A DNA stretch of 55,662 nt, filler included, from Squatina squatina (Eukaryota): NCBI GenBank assembly GCA_031763465.1. It is 4 parts of 4 records of this genome, joined end to end, with 100 filler letters (N's around TTAATTAATTAA, not from the genome) between each part and the next. Parts side by side here need not be neighbours in the genome. Positions count along the whole stretch, not along the records: positions 28,837 to 42,142 come from JARFOE010000235.1; positions 42,243 to 55,662 come from JARFOE010000233.1; 2 more parts are not named here. One strand, 5' to 3'. This document shows, in pieces, positions 36,501 through 49,080 of the stretch. Every line of letters starts with the position of its first letter. Position 1 is the first letter of the stretch. The position numbers and the translations under genes were made by a program. The notes under the pieces are model-generated. The model saw only the letters and a list, made by a program, of their open reading frames with translations. It was not told the DNA's origin and did not search any database.

Positions 36501-37437
36501 AACTATTGCAAACAAGAGCTTACATCCATCTGTCTGAAACAGACTTAAAAGTGGGCCCCAGAGGTGAAAGGGCACTCCTTCATTCGACTTTACTAAACAC
36601 ATTGTGCTACCCAATCCCCAGTATACTATAAGGATGACACTGATTTTAGGTTGTTGCAAAGGACATTCTTTGTTTCGGAGAAATTAATTACTGCTGTTGT
36701 TTTTACCTTGTCATTATGCAAAATCTGTTCCAATTTTATTGTGGTATTAGCTGTACAGAACTTATGAGAACCAAGTAATACAANNNNNNNNNNNNNNNNN
36801 NNNNNNNNNNNNNNNNNNNNNNNNNNNNNNNNNNNNNNNNNNNNNNNNNNNNNNNNNNNNNNNNNNNNNNNNNNNNNNNNNNNAGTGTTTGTAAGCACAC
36901 TGAATAAAGCATTAAAAGAGCTGTTTGCAAACTTGTTTTTAAGGCGAAGTTATGAATCAGGGTGTAAATTAATGAGAGACTTGTATTGCTTGTATGTGTT
37001 ATAAGAGGTTTGTAACAACTGATACTTGTGAATTTTGAATGAGCATACTTTGTTCCAATGAGAGAGCTACAATAACAGATTGTTACCAAGAGAAGATTGC
37101 AGTCACAGAATCTTTTCTAATGGTAGCCTTTTAGAGTGAGATTTTTTTTACAATGCATAGTTTGTGTCAATGAACTTTTAACAAATAGTTTGTAATAGAG
37201 TTTATTATGATGAGTGCTCTGCACTGATTGTGATAATGAGAAGATTGTAATAGCAAAAATTGGCACAATGAAAGTTCTGAAATGCCTTGGTTTAAAAGGA
37301 GGTTTGTAATAAACGTTTTTTTAACGAGGGAACGATAGAATTCTTTTTGGAGTCACGTTGAATTAAATAGAAACTGAAATCTATATATTTGTGTAAAGGA
37401 GAAACAAAGAAAGGACCCCGGTATCCCCATTGAGTTT

Positions 37438-37700
37438 ACCCAGAATTTCACTTTGGGATTATTGGATTGGCAATAGGCTATGAATCAGGATGTAAAAGAA
37501 CCACTGCCCCATGTGATCCCAGGTTCGCTTACATATAGTGGTGCACCCCTGGGCTCCATGGGGGAGCACGCTGCGTGGAACTCTGCATGCATTTGAAAGG
37601 AAGTTCACGCAGGGAGAATCACACGATGTAAGTGCAGATTTACATGCGCTGTCGATGGCATACTCCTTAGCTTCACCGCCAACCGCAAATTCCGGCCCAA
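37438..37700. mobile_element. MITE-like repeat
   Basis: Imperfect inverted ends acccagaatttcac / gcaaattccggcccaa around a GC-richer interior. Confidence 0.4.
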
Positions 37701-40700
37701 TATCTACTCTTATTACCAAGAGCCGAACTACTAGGAGATCATTTGGCTTTGCAAGTACTGTATTAAAACTTCCATCAGCTACATGTAGGAATCCCTCCTG
37801 ACACTATCTTGCCTGCAGATCAAATAGAAGGCAAAGAGGTCCCTCTGTCTTTATTTCTTAAGCAGCAGCCATTCTGGAAAGTAAGAGTGAGGGAAACCAC
37901 TAGGGGGACTTAAAGAGATTCAAGTGCAACCATTCATGAAGTCACCAGCATTGTACACAGTGATTAGCTTTGATAAAGAAATAAAGCAAAACATGTATTT
38001 GCTTATTATAGAAAACAACACAGTGCATTTTATTTGATGGAACCTACTGGAAATGGCTTCCAGCTTTGTATCAGCTGCTTTATATCTATTTTCCTGGCCA
38101 GTATTCAATCGCAGATATTTCTGTTTGACTTACGCCAAATTGTCTGGACTGAGTTTAAACTCCCCCATCTCTGCTGATGTGGCAAACACACAATTGTGTC
38201 CGACAATATATTTTAATCAATGGCTCCAAAAGAAAAACCTTGAGCACTTTTTTTTAATACAAAATTCTTTCTGAACATTGTTGTCAAAATGTGCTTCAAG
38301 AACAATATCATAATGCAAAATAAGGTAGTCAATATAACTAAGTAAATGATACTTCAATGGTCACAAAACTTGCTGTTTCTTCTGTCACTTTCTACCCCAG
38401 CAGATAGATGCGTTATGCATCATTATAATATCTATACCATTTTAGCAACAAAAATCATGTAGGCCAGCTTGGAGCTATGAAAAGCATTTGTAAAACACTG
38501 CATTATAACAAGACCTCAGTTTATCACACTTGCTTTATACATTGAATTCACTATAAATAACATGCAACAGTCTGTGCTCACATAGCCGGAAAGTAATAGG
38601 CAAAAACCATTCAGAGAAGCTCTGTCTGATACAATTTCAATAACTATTCTANNNNNNNNNNNNNNNNNNNNNNNNNNNNNNNNNNNNNNNNNNNNNNNNN
38701 NNNNNNNNNNNNNNNNNNNNNNNNNNNNNNNNNNNNNNNNNNNNNNNNNNNCGGATCTGTGGGCAGGCGCAGTGCAGCCTGAGATTCGGAGCTTGTGAAC
38801 CCCCCAGGTGCGTGGGAACATTGTACGCACCTGGGGGGGAATCGCAATTTCAGCCTCAATATTTATTATAATTTACAATATTTAGTCATAAAATGTAACT
38901 GTTTGTCTGCTGCTATCAGTAACCATCTTAGGCTTAAATTGGTCCCCTTAAGTTTGGCACTTAAATGCAATTTCCTCTATTTGCTATTTGTAAATTTGAG
39001 TGTAAAGAATGACCAGCATAATCCCCAGAAGAATAATGTAGATAGCTGTTTTTCAGCTGCCTCCCTGGGGCATTCTGCTGGTCTTCCATCAGAATTATGG
39101 AAACGAAGGATATCTTCAGCCTGTAAGCACATCAATTTTCTTCCTCCTCTGCTGGGAGGGGTAATGGGGTGAGTGGGGAGTGGGGGGGCAGGGTGCAGGT
39201 GAATGGGCACTGACTGCTCTCCAGTATTTTAACCAAATGGTCACACTTTATGTCTGATTGTGGCTTAGCTATTTTTTCTTGAAGGTCATCACAGCTGAAT
39301 CTAAAGTTCCTGTAAGTGCACAAGAACTGGAAACCTGTGTTGGTTTTTCCCTTCCAAAGCCCAGCGGTAGTGCAGCCAAATATAGCGCTTCCATTACTGC
39401 TCCAGCTGGAATCAGCTAATGCAGCACTGCCAGAAATCAGAACTAGCATTGTGCAGGTCAGTATGAATCAATAAGACATCACACAGTTCGTTTACCCATT
39501 GAACTATCGAGGAGCTCCACAGTTAATGGTTTCAAATTGTTATTTCATGTTATAAGGTTCCTATCGTTCCTTTGTTCTGGCAATTATTAGCTTTTTGGCA
39601 AACTAATCTCTCTCTCTGCTTTTTATGTATTCTGATATATATTAAAAAGCCTCAAAATATGCACATATGTGAACTGCATGGCAACCAACAGAACATAAAT
39701 TAATAAAAGACAGATGTCCACTCATTAAGAAATATTACTCATTTTGAAGCAGTCTCATTTCAAGTTTGCCAAATATCCAAATATTCTGTTGATTGTTCCC
39801 TCCTTGGAACAGAGCAGATACTCTGAAAATCATTTTCAAATAAAAAAATTAGTTGNNNNNNNNNNNNNNNNNNNNNNNNNNNNNNNNNNNNNNNNNNNNN
39901 NNNNNNNNNNNNNNNNNNNNNNNNNNNNNNNNNNNNNNNNNNNNNNNNNNNNNNNGATGCCCATGAATGTGTCAGTCTATTTGTTGTCCTCATTAATATT
40001 TGTTTCCACATTATAGTTGACTGTCATTGTTGCCTGCAATCATAACATACTGAAGGTTGTTAATGACTTTCCAGCACTGCCTGTGATTCCAAGACAACTT
40101 CTGAATCTTCCTATTGTTTGCATTGCCTTGTTTATTTCTAAAGCTGATTTTTAACAAATTGTGTCAGTAGCATTTTAACAACTACTTGAGAACTTATGTT
40201 TCTTTCGCTTCCTCTGTTTACTGCTACAGCTGGGCAGAAGAAAGTTATTTGGATTACTCAAGTGGCTTGGTTTTGATAGTTAACATTTGAGTCATTTTAA
40301 ATTTAACACTGATTGAATGCAACCAGTCAACTTTTCAGTGTTTCTGTGTCTACAAATTTAACAGACAATTCAGAATAAATTTCTTCCACCAGAAGTGTCT
40401 TAAACTTCTTCAAAAATGCCTTTTCACCCGTCGTCTGGAAAATCCCATAGCTCTGACCCCATCGTTGAAACTTCACTGGATTATAAAAGCAATATATAAG
40501 AGGAATTAAATCTTTTTAACAATTATTCTGATTTGGAGTCTACAATAATAACATTTTTACCATTTTAACAAGATTTTTTATTTCCTTTAGGAAGAATTAT
40601 GATTTGAAATGCCAGAGAAATTACATCTGACAGTAATTAACTTTATGATTTAGTCCACAGGGCACATTGCTGTTGTTTTCACTAACTATTTACATCAAAG

Positions 40701-41589
40701 CATTTGATGCTTAACTACTTAAAGTTGTGCTGATTATAATTGACGTGTTAATGTGGCATCCTTTATCCATACAGAGCGCTCCTACTGTGGTGTATACAGG
40801 TAGTGTCAGCTATTGCATACTTTCCATTAAAGAAGGTGTTGATTCTGGCCCAGGAAATGTTCTCGTTTAACATCAAGAAGCATTTATGGAGGTGCAGTGG
40901 AGCTCCTATGGTTTAATGGTAGCTTCAAGTTTCAGCTAAGGTCTGATGCCCAGCCAACTAGCCAGCCTGCTCCGCTGTAATTGAGCTTTGACTGGGAAGA
41001 GCCTCAGGAATGAGTTGAACTTCTCTGAAGACTTGGTGGTTAAACCACAGGAAGAAACACAAGTCTCACAATTACTGCCAGAGTTTCCTTTTTGCAACAA
41101 GGCAGACATGGTTAAGTGCCCAGAGATTCCCATAATTAGTCGCACCGTGTTTTGTTAGTTTCCACTGTGCCACACCTTTTGGTGTTTTTCACGAATCAAA
41201 GCTCTTCTTAAAATTTCCCCTTTTATCTCTGCAACTCTTTTTAATAGTTGTTTTTATCTTTCATTTTCGTTTTCCTATTCTACTCAACAGGCTACAAAAT
41301 AAGCACCTAATTTGCCCGTGATCTATGTCAATCCTTCACTACAACTGTCCACTAGGAGGTATGCAAGAATAGGCCGTGATATCTTCAGTTTGATTTTCCT
41401 CCCTTCCCGTGTGGAATTCTGTAGCCTTTTCCAGGCCAAGATTGGGAACTCAAATTTTAATCAATTACGATCTTAAATTCACATCCTGCCACTCGATGCT
41501 ACAGCCTACCACACAGGTACGCCAGCTCACTACACCAGATTATGAATTACACCTAATTATTTGAGTAGATTTACAACAATGTGCAAAGC

Positions 41590-42142
41590 AACAATCTCTG
41601 CGGCGATGCGGTCGGTTCCTTATATTTTCTCCCTGGTCTTTTAGCTGGGCACCGACTGTGCTAGGTCCGGGGACAGCGGTTCCCGAAATGGAAACGTGCT
41701 GCTGTGTACATGCGAGATTTTGAGCACTGTACAGGCGCGAACGGTCAATGCAGAACCTTCATGATTGCGGTGAGCCCAGCCCTGCCTGCGTGCTTGAGTC
41801 ATGATTTGTGACCGGATGTAAATTGACTTGAGATGCCGCATGGGCGCAGCGACTTTGTTAAGTTGACCAAGAGACTCCGAGAGCTGACTCAAAGTTGGGA
41901 GACCCAGGGACACCGGTTCTCGCTGCTGGCAGGTTTAGAGCCTTCGACTGATTGGGGGCGGTGTACTGGGCACCTATTAAGCACCAGTCCTGAAGGAGTG
42001 AGCGAGCTGCTACCAGGTCTTTATCAATCTTCCAGACAAACAAGTGACCCAAGGACTGTTTAGGCACTGATTCCCTTCCCTCTTGGTGTGTGTGTGTGTC
42101 CCCTTCCAGCCAGCCGTCTGAGCACCTTAAAATGCGCGTCTC
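41590..42142. promoter_or_regulatory. CpG-enriched promoter-like region of an unidentified gene
   Basis: Visible CpG enrichment with no recognised repeat; ETS-like ccggatgt (~41812); possible first-exon donor gcg|GTgagc (~41769). Confidence 0.35.
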
Positions 42143-42242
42143 NNNNNNNNNNNNNNNNNNNNNNNNNNNNNNNNNNNNNNNNNNNNTTAATTAATTAANN
42201 NNNNNNNNNNNNNNNNNNNNNNNNNNNNNNNNNNNNNNNNNN
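42143..42242. other. artificial scaffold linker
   Basis: 44 N + TTAATTAATTAA (42187-42198) + 44 N. Confidence 0.97.
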
Positions 42243-42503
42243 AATCGACTACTTATGTGCTTCATCAGAAAACAATAAGGGTGTGGCAGGATTGTTTGCT
42301 TCTCTGCATGGCTCGAAAGTCCTGTTTACTGACATTTGAAAGTGCCATTTACTGTATTCCACTAGTCTGTGGGCTGAACCTGTGATTTTCACGAGGTCCA
42401 TCAGTGCGAGTGCTCAAATGCTATTTTCATCAGAGAACAACAGTAAAACAATGGTTGATGGGATTACTCAAGACAAACCAAATCTCCTCTCTTTCATACT
42501 TAC

Positions 42504-42818
42504 ATCTGTTAAACCCATCCACAAAAATTCCAATTCTTATGCAGTCTGCAGCCTCTGGGCTTTCAGGCAGTGGCAGATCCTCACAGTTTGGCAACTGAAG
42601 CTGCAGAAGAATGAGTGGATTTGACCTTGCGATATTGTATTCTGTTTTGCACAGATCATGTTCCAGAACTTCACATTCGTCCCGGCATAATTCACGTGGT
42701 TTGGGTCTACGGGAATTATCATCGCAGAGAGGGAACACAAAGTGGCAGAAAGATGGAACGGCAAATTGTGAACACTGATCCGAGAGACGGGTAGAAGTGC
42801 TAATCGTAGTAGATGCAG
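42504..42818 (-). CDS. ROR2: receptor tyrosine kinase-like orphan receptor 2, Frizzled-type CRD exon (human exon 6 equivalent)
   Basis: 315-bp phase 1-1 exon, cccatttcAG|...|GTaagt. Translates ...[22 protein letters not shown]...[19 protein letters not shown]...ARSNPLIL...C.RIGI. DQC and [10 protein letters not shown] match ROR2 rather than ROR1 (DKC, SLCHYAFPYC) as remembered. Confidence 0.95.
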
Positions 42819-43384
42819 CTGAAATGGGAACCACAAAGTGTAAATTTATAAAGCAATTTTGTATGAAACCTATAATTATCAAACACATCATTACAATAAA
42901 TCACTTGTCCAATTTTTTATATATATATATACTTTTTGTTTGCTTACTTCTACCTGTCCAAATTAAAAATAATTCATGTGCATAATGTTAATCTTCAAAT
43001 TGTATATATCAATTTTGATGAAACATTAAAGCATTATTGAAGAAAATCTATGGAATTTTGTTTTCAAACCCTGGGTTCTTTAAAAGAATATTAAAATAAA
43101 GCATAAAACTCACACATGCACAATAGGGTTTTAATTTTAGATGATTGAAGAAAATTATATTTTACATTGGGCTCCACCCGATTACATCCGTTTTTTTTTA
43201 AAAACTATTGAATACAAGATTGGTTGAAAGCCACTATCGGCTCACTGAATTTTGCTGTTTTATCAATGGCAGAAAAGTTGATAATTTTAATCTGAAATTG
43301 TTCATCTTTAAGTAGTTTGTTCAGTTTTACTTTGTATAAGCTTTTGTTTTGTTTTGATCCATAAATAACATAATAGGAGTAGGA

Positions 43385-43440
43385 GTAGGAGTAGGCCATT
43401 CGGCCCCTTGAGCCTACTCCGCCATTCAACAAGATCATGG
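43385..43440 (-). mobile_element. CR1-type LINE 3' tail
   Basis: ggagtaggccattcggccccttgagcctactccgccattcaacaagatcatgg; same family as 54001-54089. Confidence 0.75.
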
Positions 43441-44727
43441 NNNNNNNNNNNNNNNNNNNNNNNNNNNNNNNNNNNNNNNNNNNNNNNNNNNNNNNNNNNN
43501 NNNNNNNNNNNNNNNNNNNNNNNNNNNNNNNNNNNNNNNNTTTGCACCCATCAATAAAAGAACTTCTACAAATAGTGGTAGAGAGACATGCAAATACTGT
43601 ATGGAGAAATGTCACATATGGAACTAATTTCTCACACAGCAGGACTATTGTTCAGCAAAAAATATTTTCAGCAATCAAGCTTTTCTTACCCTCAGTTCTA
43701 TAATCCATGCAATGATTCATTATGTAAATTAAACTAATACTCTCCCACTGCATTATCTGTCTGTTCCTTTAGCATACTATATGAAGGACTCAACAACCTT
43801 TAATTGAAAACCCAACACATTTATCTGTCTACATCCTAAATAAATTGTCACAATGATGTAAAATAAAGTTGAGAAAATAGTTTATTTTAGAAGTGGCAAA
43901 ATGTTTTATGCAGTCTCTTCTGTTTTCCCCATTGTTTTAATGAAGCTGAAACTACTACGTACTGCTAGAACAATGAAAGGTTTGTGGTTATGCCTGCAGA
44001 CAAAGTTTTACAGTCTTACCAGTTAGTCAAAGTGGGGGATATAAATTACAAACCATTCTTGGAATACTTCTTAACCAAAAAAGGGCATAAAATTTCAGCA
44101 AACATCAATTCATGTGTACCCGGACAAACAGAGCAGTGCAAACCCAGACGTAATGAGCAGTGGAGCTCAGGGGAGCTCCTGCATACTTTACAGCATTGGA
44201 CATTGCCTAAGGATACAATATCAGCAATTCAAGCAAACCAGGAGACACATTAAGAAGGAATGTTTTTTGAAATAAGAGAGGAAGGTGCCAAATGTTCCAT
44301 ATAATGTGAACATCTAATTCCCCCTCCCATAGCATGCAAGAGTAAAATCCCACAGCGCTGCCATTCATGCAGCAGGTTGGAACTATCACTCGCCACTGTG
44401 ACCTCCTACAACCCCATTCCAATTCCTGGGTATGAGGTTATTTAAATAGGAGTGGGTGCTTGTGCCTATAGCAATGCAGCTGGGGCACCCAACCCACGCA
44501 AATAATGCAAACTCGGAGTGGCAGGGGTCTCTTCTGATAGGAGGAGTCAGAGGCTCAGATCAGGCCAAATAATTTTTTTTTTAAATTCCATCTCTCAGGG
44601 AGCAGAGAGGCTACCGTGCAACAGTCATCAATCCCACTGGGATCCATCACCATTTGATCCTTCTGTCCTGAGACCAAGTGCAAATTACTGGTGATATTCC
44701 TGGTTAAGCCTGAACACTCCCAGAGTA

Positions 44728-44852
44728 AAAGAAAGACTTGCATTTATATAGCACCTTTCACGACCACTGGACATCCCAAAGCGCTTTACAGCCAATGAAG
44801 TACTTTTGAAGTGCAGTCACCTTTGTAATGTGGGAAACAAAGCAGCCAATGT
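44728..44852 (-). mobile_element. DeuSINE 3' tail
   Basis: aaagaaagacttgcatttatatagc...aaagcgctttacagccaatgaagtacttttg is the reverse complement of ~25270-25390. Confidence 0.85.
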
Positions 44853-44861
44853 GTAGATCGA

Positions 44862-45030
44862 GAGAAACTGTTCCATCAGCAGAAGGGTCGGGAACCAGAG
44901 TACACTGATTTAAGGTGTTTGGCAAAAGAACCAAAGGCGGTGCAAGTAAGAGCTTTTTACACACCGAGTGGTTAAGATCTGAAATGCACTGCCTGAAAGG
45001 TTGGTGGAGGCAGACTCAATTTTATCTCTT
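44862..45030 (+). mobile_element. CR1-type LINE fragment
   Basis: gagaaactgttccatcagcagaagggtcgggaaccagag...ggcaaaagaaccaaaggcg...gcactgcctgaaagg parallels 26650-26800. Confidence 0.7.
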
Positions 45031-45621
45031 AAAAGGGCGTNNNNNNNNNNNNNNNNNNNNNNNNNNNNNNNNNNNNNNNNNNNNNNNNNNNNNNNNNNNN
45101 NNNNNNNNNNNNNNNNNNNNNNNNNNNNNNNNNNNNNNNNAACTGAAAAATGTTCAGTGGCCAAATTGTGAATTGTTTATGACTGACAAGTTGTATATGA
45201 ATTTTGCCTATTAAATACAAACAAAGGAAATCATCATAAAAAGTTGACACAAAAATGTGAAGAGGAAGTCAAATGATGCATATTGGACCGACTTCAAAAT
45301 GAAATTAATTGCAGTAAAGCATTTCAGAATACCCTGATGTAAAACATGCTATATAATTGCAAGGTGTTTGTTTCCTTGCCCATTTGAAGAAAAGACGATA
45401 GAGTTCATGTAATGTGACTTGCTTACATTTATTAAAAAAATGATTGTACACACAGCCAGCAGTTTGTGCACAAATACCACAAGGCTATACTAATTTCCAA
45501 TTTTCCTCCCCACAATTTGGGAATGTACCGCATGGAGAACCTGCACTCCTACCACTCCACTGCAAAGGAAAGTAGCTAGCTAATTTCTCAATAGCTTTGT
45601 TACAAGAAAAAACGCACCTAC

Positions 45622-45699
45622 CTTTGGCTGTAGGCAAAGGTCTGTGCTGGTCTCCTCCAGGTCCAATGGAGCCATGTAGATCTGACTGGTGAGCTTCAT
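45622..45699 (-). CDS. ROR2: ROR2 exon 2 equivalent
   Basis: 78-bp phase 1-1 exon, ttttacttctAG|...AAAG|GTaggt. Translates (D)EAHQSDLHGSIGPGGDQHRPLPTAK(G); size and ending resemble remembered human [26 protein letters not shown]. Same strand as, and upstream of, the CRD exon. Confidence 0.75.
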
Positions 45700-47366
45700 C
45701 TAGAAGTAAAATTATTGATCATAAAAAAAAATTTACCACAATTCTACTATAAAGTTCAAACTGCAGCAGTTCTCCCAATGGCTCAGCAAACAAAAGAACA
45801 TTGACAGTGGAGACATCACATCCAACCCTGATTACAATCCAGTCACCCTTGTTGGAAGCAACCATGTATGGTTGCTGGGTGAGAACATGATTAGGTTTGG
45901 ATGTGATGTCACCTGTTGTAAATATTCACCGTCAAGGCTCACACATGAACAGCAGCAATTTGGATAAAGTACAGTAAAATCATATGGCACCCAATAGAGG
46001 GAATGAATTAATGGAGAACGCGGTCATTCAAATGTACAAAAAAAACAGGAAATAATACTTTGACTAATGCAGTTCTTTTCTCCTGTGATGTTGGTACTAA
46101 AAATGATCTGAATGCACAATATAAAAATTAGACAAGTCAGAAAAACATGTTTTTGAATTCGTAATCACCCAATAATTTACTAGCATGTAATTTACCATTA
46201 GTTCCACAATGTGGCAATAATTATGGCTGTTCACCCATTGATATCTGCACAGTGGAAAAGATGCCAACAGCTGAACTTTTTCAAAATTAACTTTAGCTCA
46301 GACAAGTAAGTGCTTTCATTCTTGACATAAAGCTGTAAAGCCTATCTAATTGCTTTTGTTTATTGGAGTTATGCTACAACAAAATTTCCATGTTTGTTCC
46401 CTAGATTCTAATTAATTAGTTGAAACCAGCAGGGAAATCAATGTTTAGGCTATAAGGGTCAAACAGGAAGTCATCACATGCCAGCACGGGTCAATGTTCA
46501 GGTCTTGTATTTATCTCTGNNNNNNNNNNNNNNNNNNNNNNNNNNNNNNNNNNNNNNNNNNNNNNNNNNNNNNNNNNNNNNNNNNNNNNNNNNNNNNNNN
46601 NNNNNNNNNNNNNNNNNNNCACCATAAAAGTAACATAAGGTAGTCAAAGTTGCTCAGTCATGTCACAATCAATGGGAAGACAGTTCCATTGGTTCTTCTC
46701 TACATTTTACATAGAAAGTGGATACATCATTGGCAACCAAGTTGGTATGGGTCCATCCAATTTACAGACCCACAGAATGACAGCATTATGGATTATTAAA
46801 TCAAACTCGCTTGCTGGATAACATCAGGTGGGTGCCAGCCACATTTTCTGTTTATACAATGGGGATAAACAAAGCATAGTTAAAATGTCTTGAAGTGTCA
46901 GGAAACCATATACAGCAGTGTATAAATAATGCCGTGCCAGATTTACTAATGGATTAATGCAATGCAAAGTATTGGGAAATGATACGATTATTCACTAGTA
47001 GTTGTCAAGTTATTTGTTCCAAAGCAAACAATTCTCTATGGCACATGGTTGCTTTCAGAAGAGCTCTGAATCAGTAATACAATCTTGCATGCCCAAATAT
47101 AGAGAAAGAAAAATGCCCACTGAAAATATTTACATGACATCAACAACATAGCCCATGGTATCAAAGGCTTTATAGTGAAGCACTGCATAGCCAGTTCACA
47201 TATTCACATTGAACATTATACAATTAACAAGGCTTCTCACGTAGTAAACATGTACTTTGAACATAANNNNNNNNNNNNNNNNNNNNNNNNNNNNNNNNNN
47301 NNNNNNNNNNNNNNNNNNNNNNNNNNNNNNNNNNNNNNNNNNNNNNNNNNNNNNNNNNNNNNNNNN

Positions 47367-47985
47367 CTGTTACTATCCCAGTCTATATTAGGATAGTTGA
47401 AGTCCCCCATTATCACTACTCTATAGTTCTCGCACCTCTCTGTAATTTCCCTGAAGATTTGCTCCTCTATCCTTGCCACTAGTTGGGGTCCTATAGAATA
47501 CACCTAGTAATGTAATAGCACCGCTATTGTTTCTCAACTCTGCCCAAATAGATTCTGTCCTTGACCCCTCCAGGACATCCTGTCTCTCCAGCATTGTAAT
47601 ATTCTGCTTAACCAATACTGCCACCTCGCCTCCTTTCCCCCTTCCCTATCTTTCCTGAACATCTTGTATCCAGGAGTATTTAGTACCCAATCCTGTCCTT
47701 TTTTGAGCCAGGTCCCCATTATCGCCACAACATCATATTCCCACGTGTCTACTTGCGCCTGCAGCTCACCAACCTTATTTACCACACTTGGTGCATTCAC
47801 ATACATGCACTGTAAACCTATCTTAGACCTTCCTGTGTTCTCTCTTAGTCTGACCACACCTAATACCGTATTATTTCTTACTCTAGTGCTCTCTGTCTCT
47901 CCCAGTCCTTTGTGCACCTCGTTTCTCCTTTCTAATGCTACATTCTGATGCCCATCCCCCAGCCAAATTAGTTTAAACCCTCCCC
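47367..47985 (-). mobile_element. CR1-type LINE, AP-endonuclease region of ORF2 (frameshifted)
   Basis: Motifs YVNAPSVVNK, YDVVAIMGTWL, PGYKMFRKDR, ESIWAEL, GVFYRTP and VIMGDFNYPNIDW are spread over three frames. Confidence 0.92.
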
Positions 47986-48386
47986 AACTCAGCACAGACT
48001 GGGGATCAGACCTAGAACCACCTTGTCTATGTGGCTAAGTACCACACCAGGCTGTGCCTTTGAGCACTAGGCCATGGAAAGAGTCATTTTAGATTGCCGT
48101 GCCAGGATTTGGCCTGTGGAAAATATTTTGGTGATCAGGCCAAGATCACTCATTGAAAGTCATGTGAGGAACATGAGACAGCCCAGTCGTGGACTGTGAA
48201 CACAGGAAATTATGTTCCTTACACAGGGCAATCTATCCCAACGTAGTATTTAAGGAATGCATTGCAGATATCCGATTGGACCTAGCACAGATCAAAAGTC
48301 AATTCAACAAACCAGTTTTGAACACAGCAATAATAAACCTGCAGTAACAAAAAAACCTGCCTCAAATCTGGTGCTTTTTCCTCTAT

Positions 48387-49080
48387 AACAACAACGTGCA
48401 TTTCTGTAGCGCCTTTAACGTAGTAAAACGTCCTAAGTCACTTCACAGAAGCGTTATCAAACAAAATTTGACACTGACCCACATAAGGAAATACTGGACA
48501 GGTGAAAGAGGTAGGTTTTACGGAGCGTCTTAAAGGAGGAGTGAGAGGCAGAGAGGTTTAGGGAGAGAATTCCAGAGCTTGGGGCCCAGGCAGCTGGAGG
48601 CACGGCCACCAATGGTGGAGCGATTAAAATCGGGATGCGCAAGAGGCCAGAATTGGAGGAGCTCAGAGATCTGAGGGTCGTGGAGCTGGAGGAGGTTATG
48701 GAAATAAGGAGGGGCGAAGCCATGGAGGAATGTGACCACAAGGATGAGAATTTTAAAATTGAGACATTGCCGGACTGGGAGACGATGTATATCACCCATC
48801 AGTGGTCACGGGTGATGGGTGAATGGGACAGTGCGGGTTAGGACATAGGCAGCAGACTTTTGGATGAGTTCGAGTTTATGTAAGGTGGAAGATGGGAGGT
48901 CGACCAGGATAACATTGGAATAATCAAGTCTATGGGACGACAAAGAGATGGATGAGGGTTTCAGTCACAGATGCATTGAAATAGAAGAGGAGGTGGGTGA
49001 AATTGAGATAGGAGTAGGTGTTCTTTATGATGGAGAGGATATGGTGTTGCAAGTTCAGCTCAGGGTCAAATAGGATGAGG
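48387..49080 (-). mobile_element. L2-type LINE 3' portion
   Basis: acaacaac tail, 3' UTR and a decayed ORF2 end (FKILILV...LHG.APPY..NLLQ...APPLVA...PKLWNSLP). Longest copy of this family in the window. Confidence 0.88.

Noticed and set aside
38977-39449. Minus-strand exon candidates after cttacAG acceptors
   Set aside because: No clear donors and no recognisable peptide in any frame.
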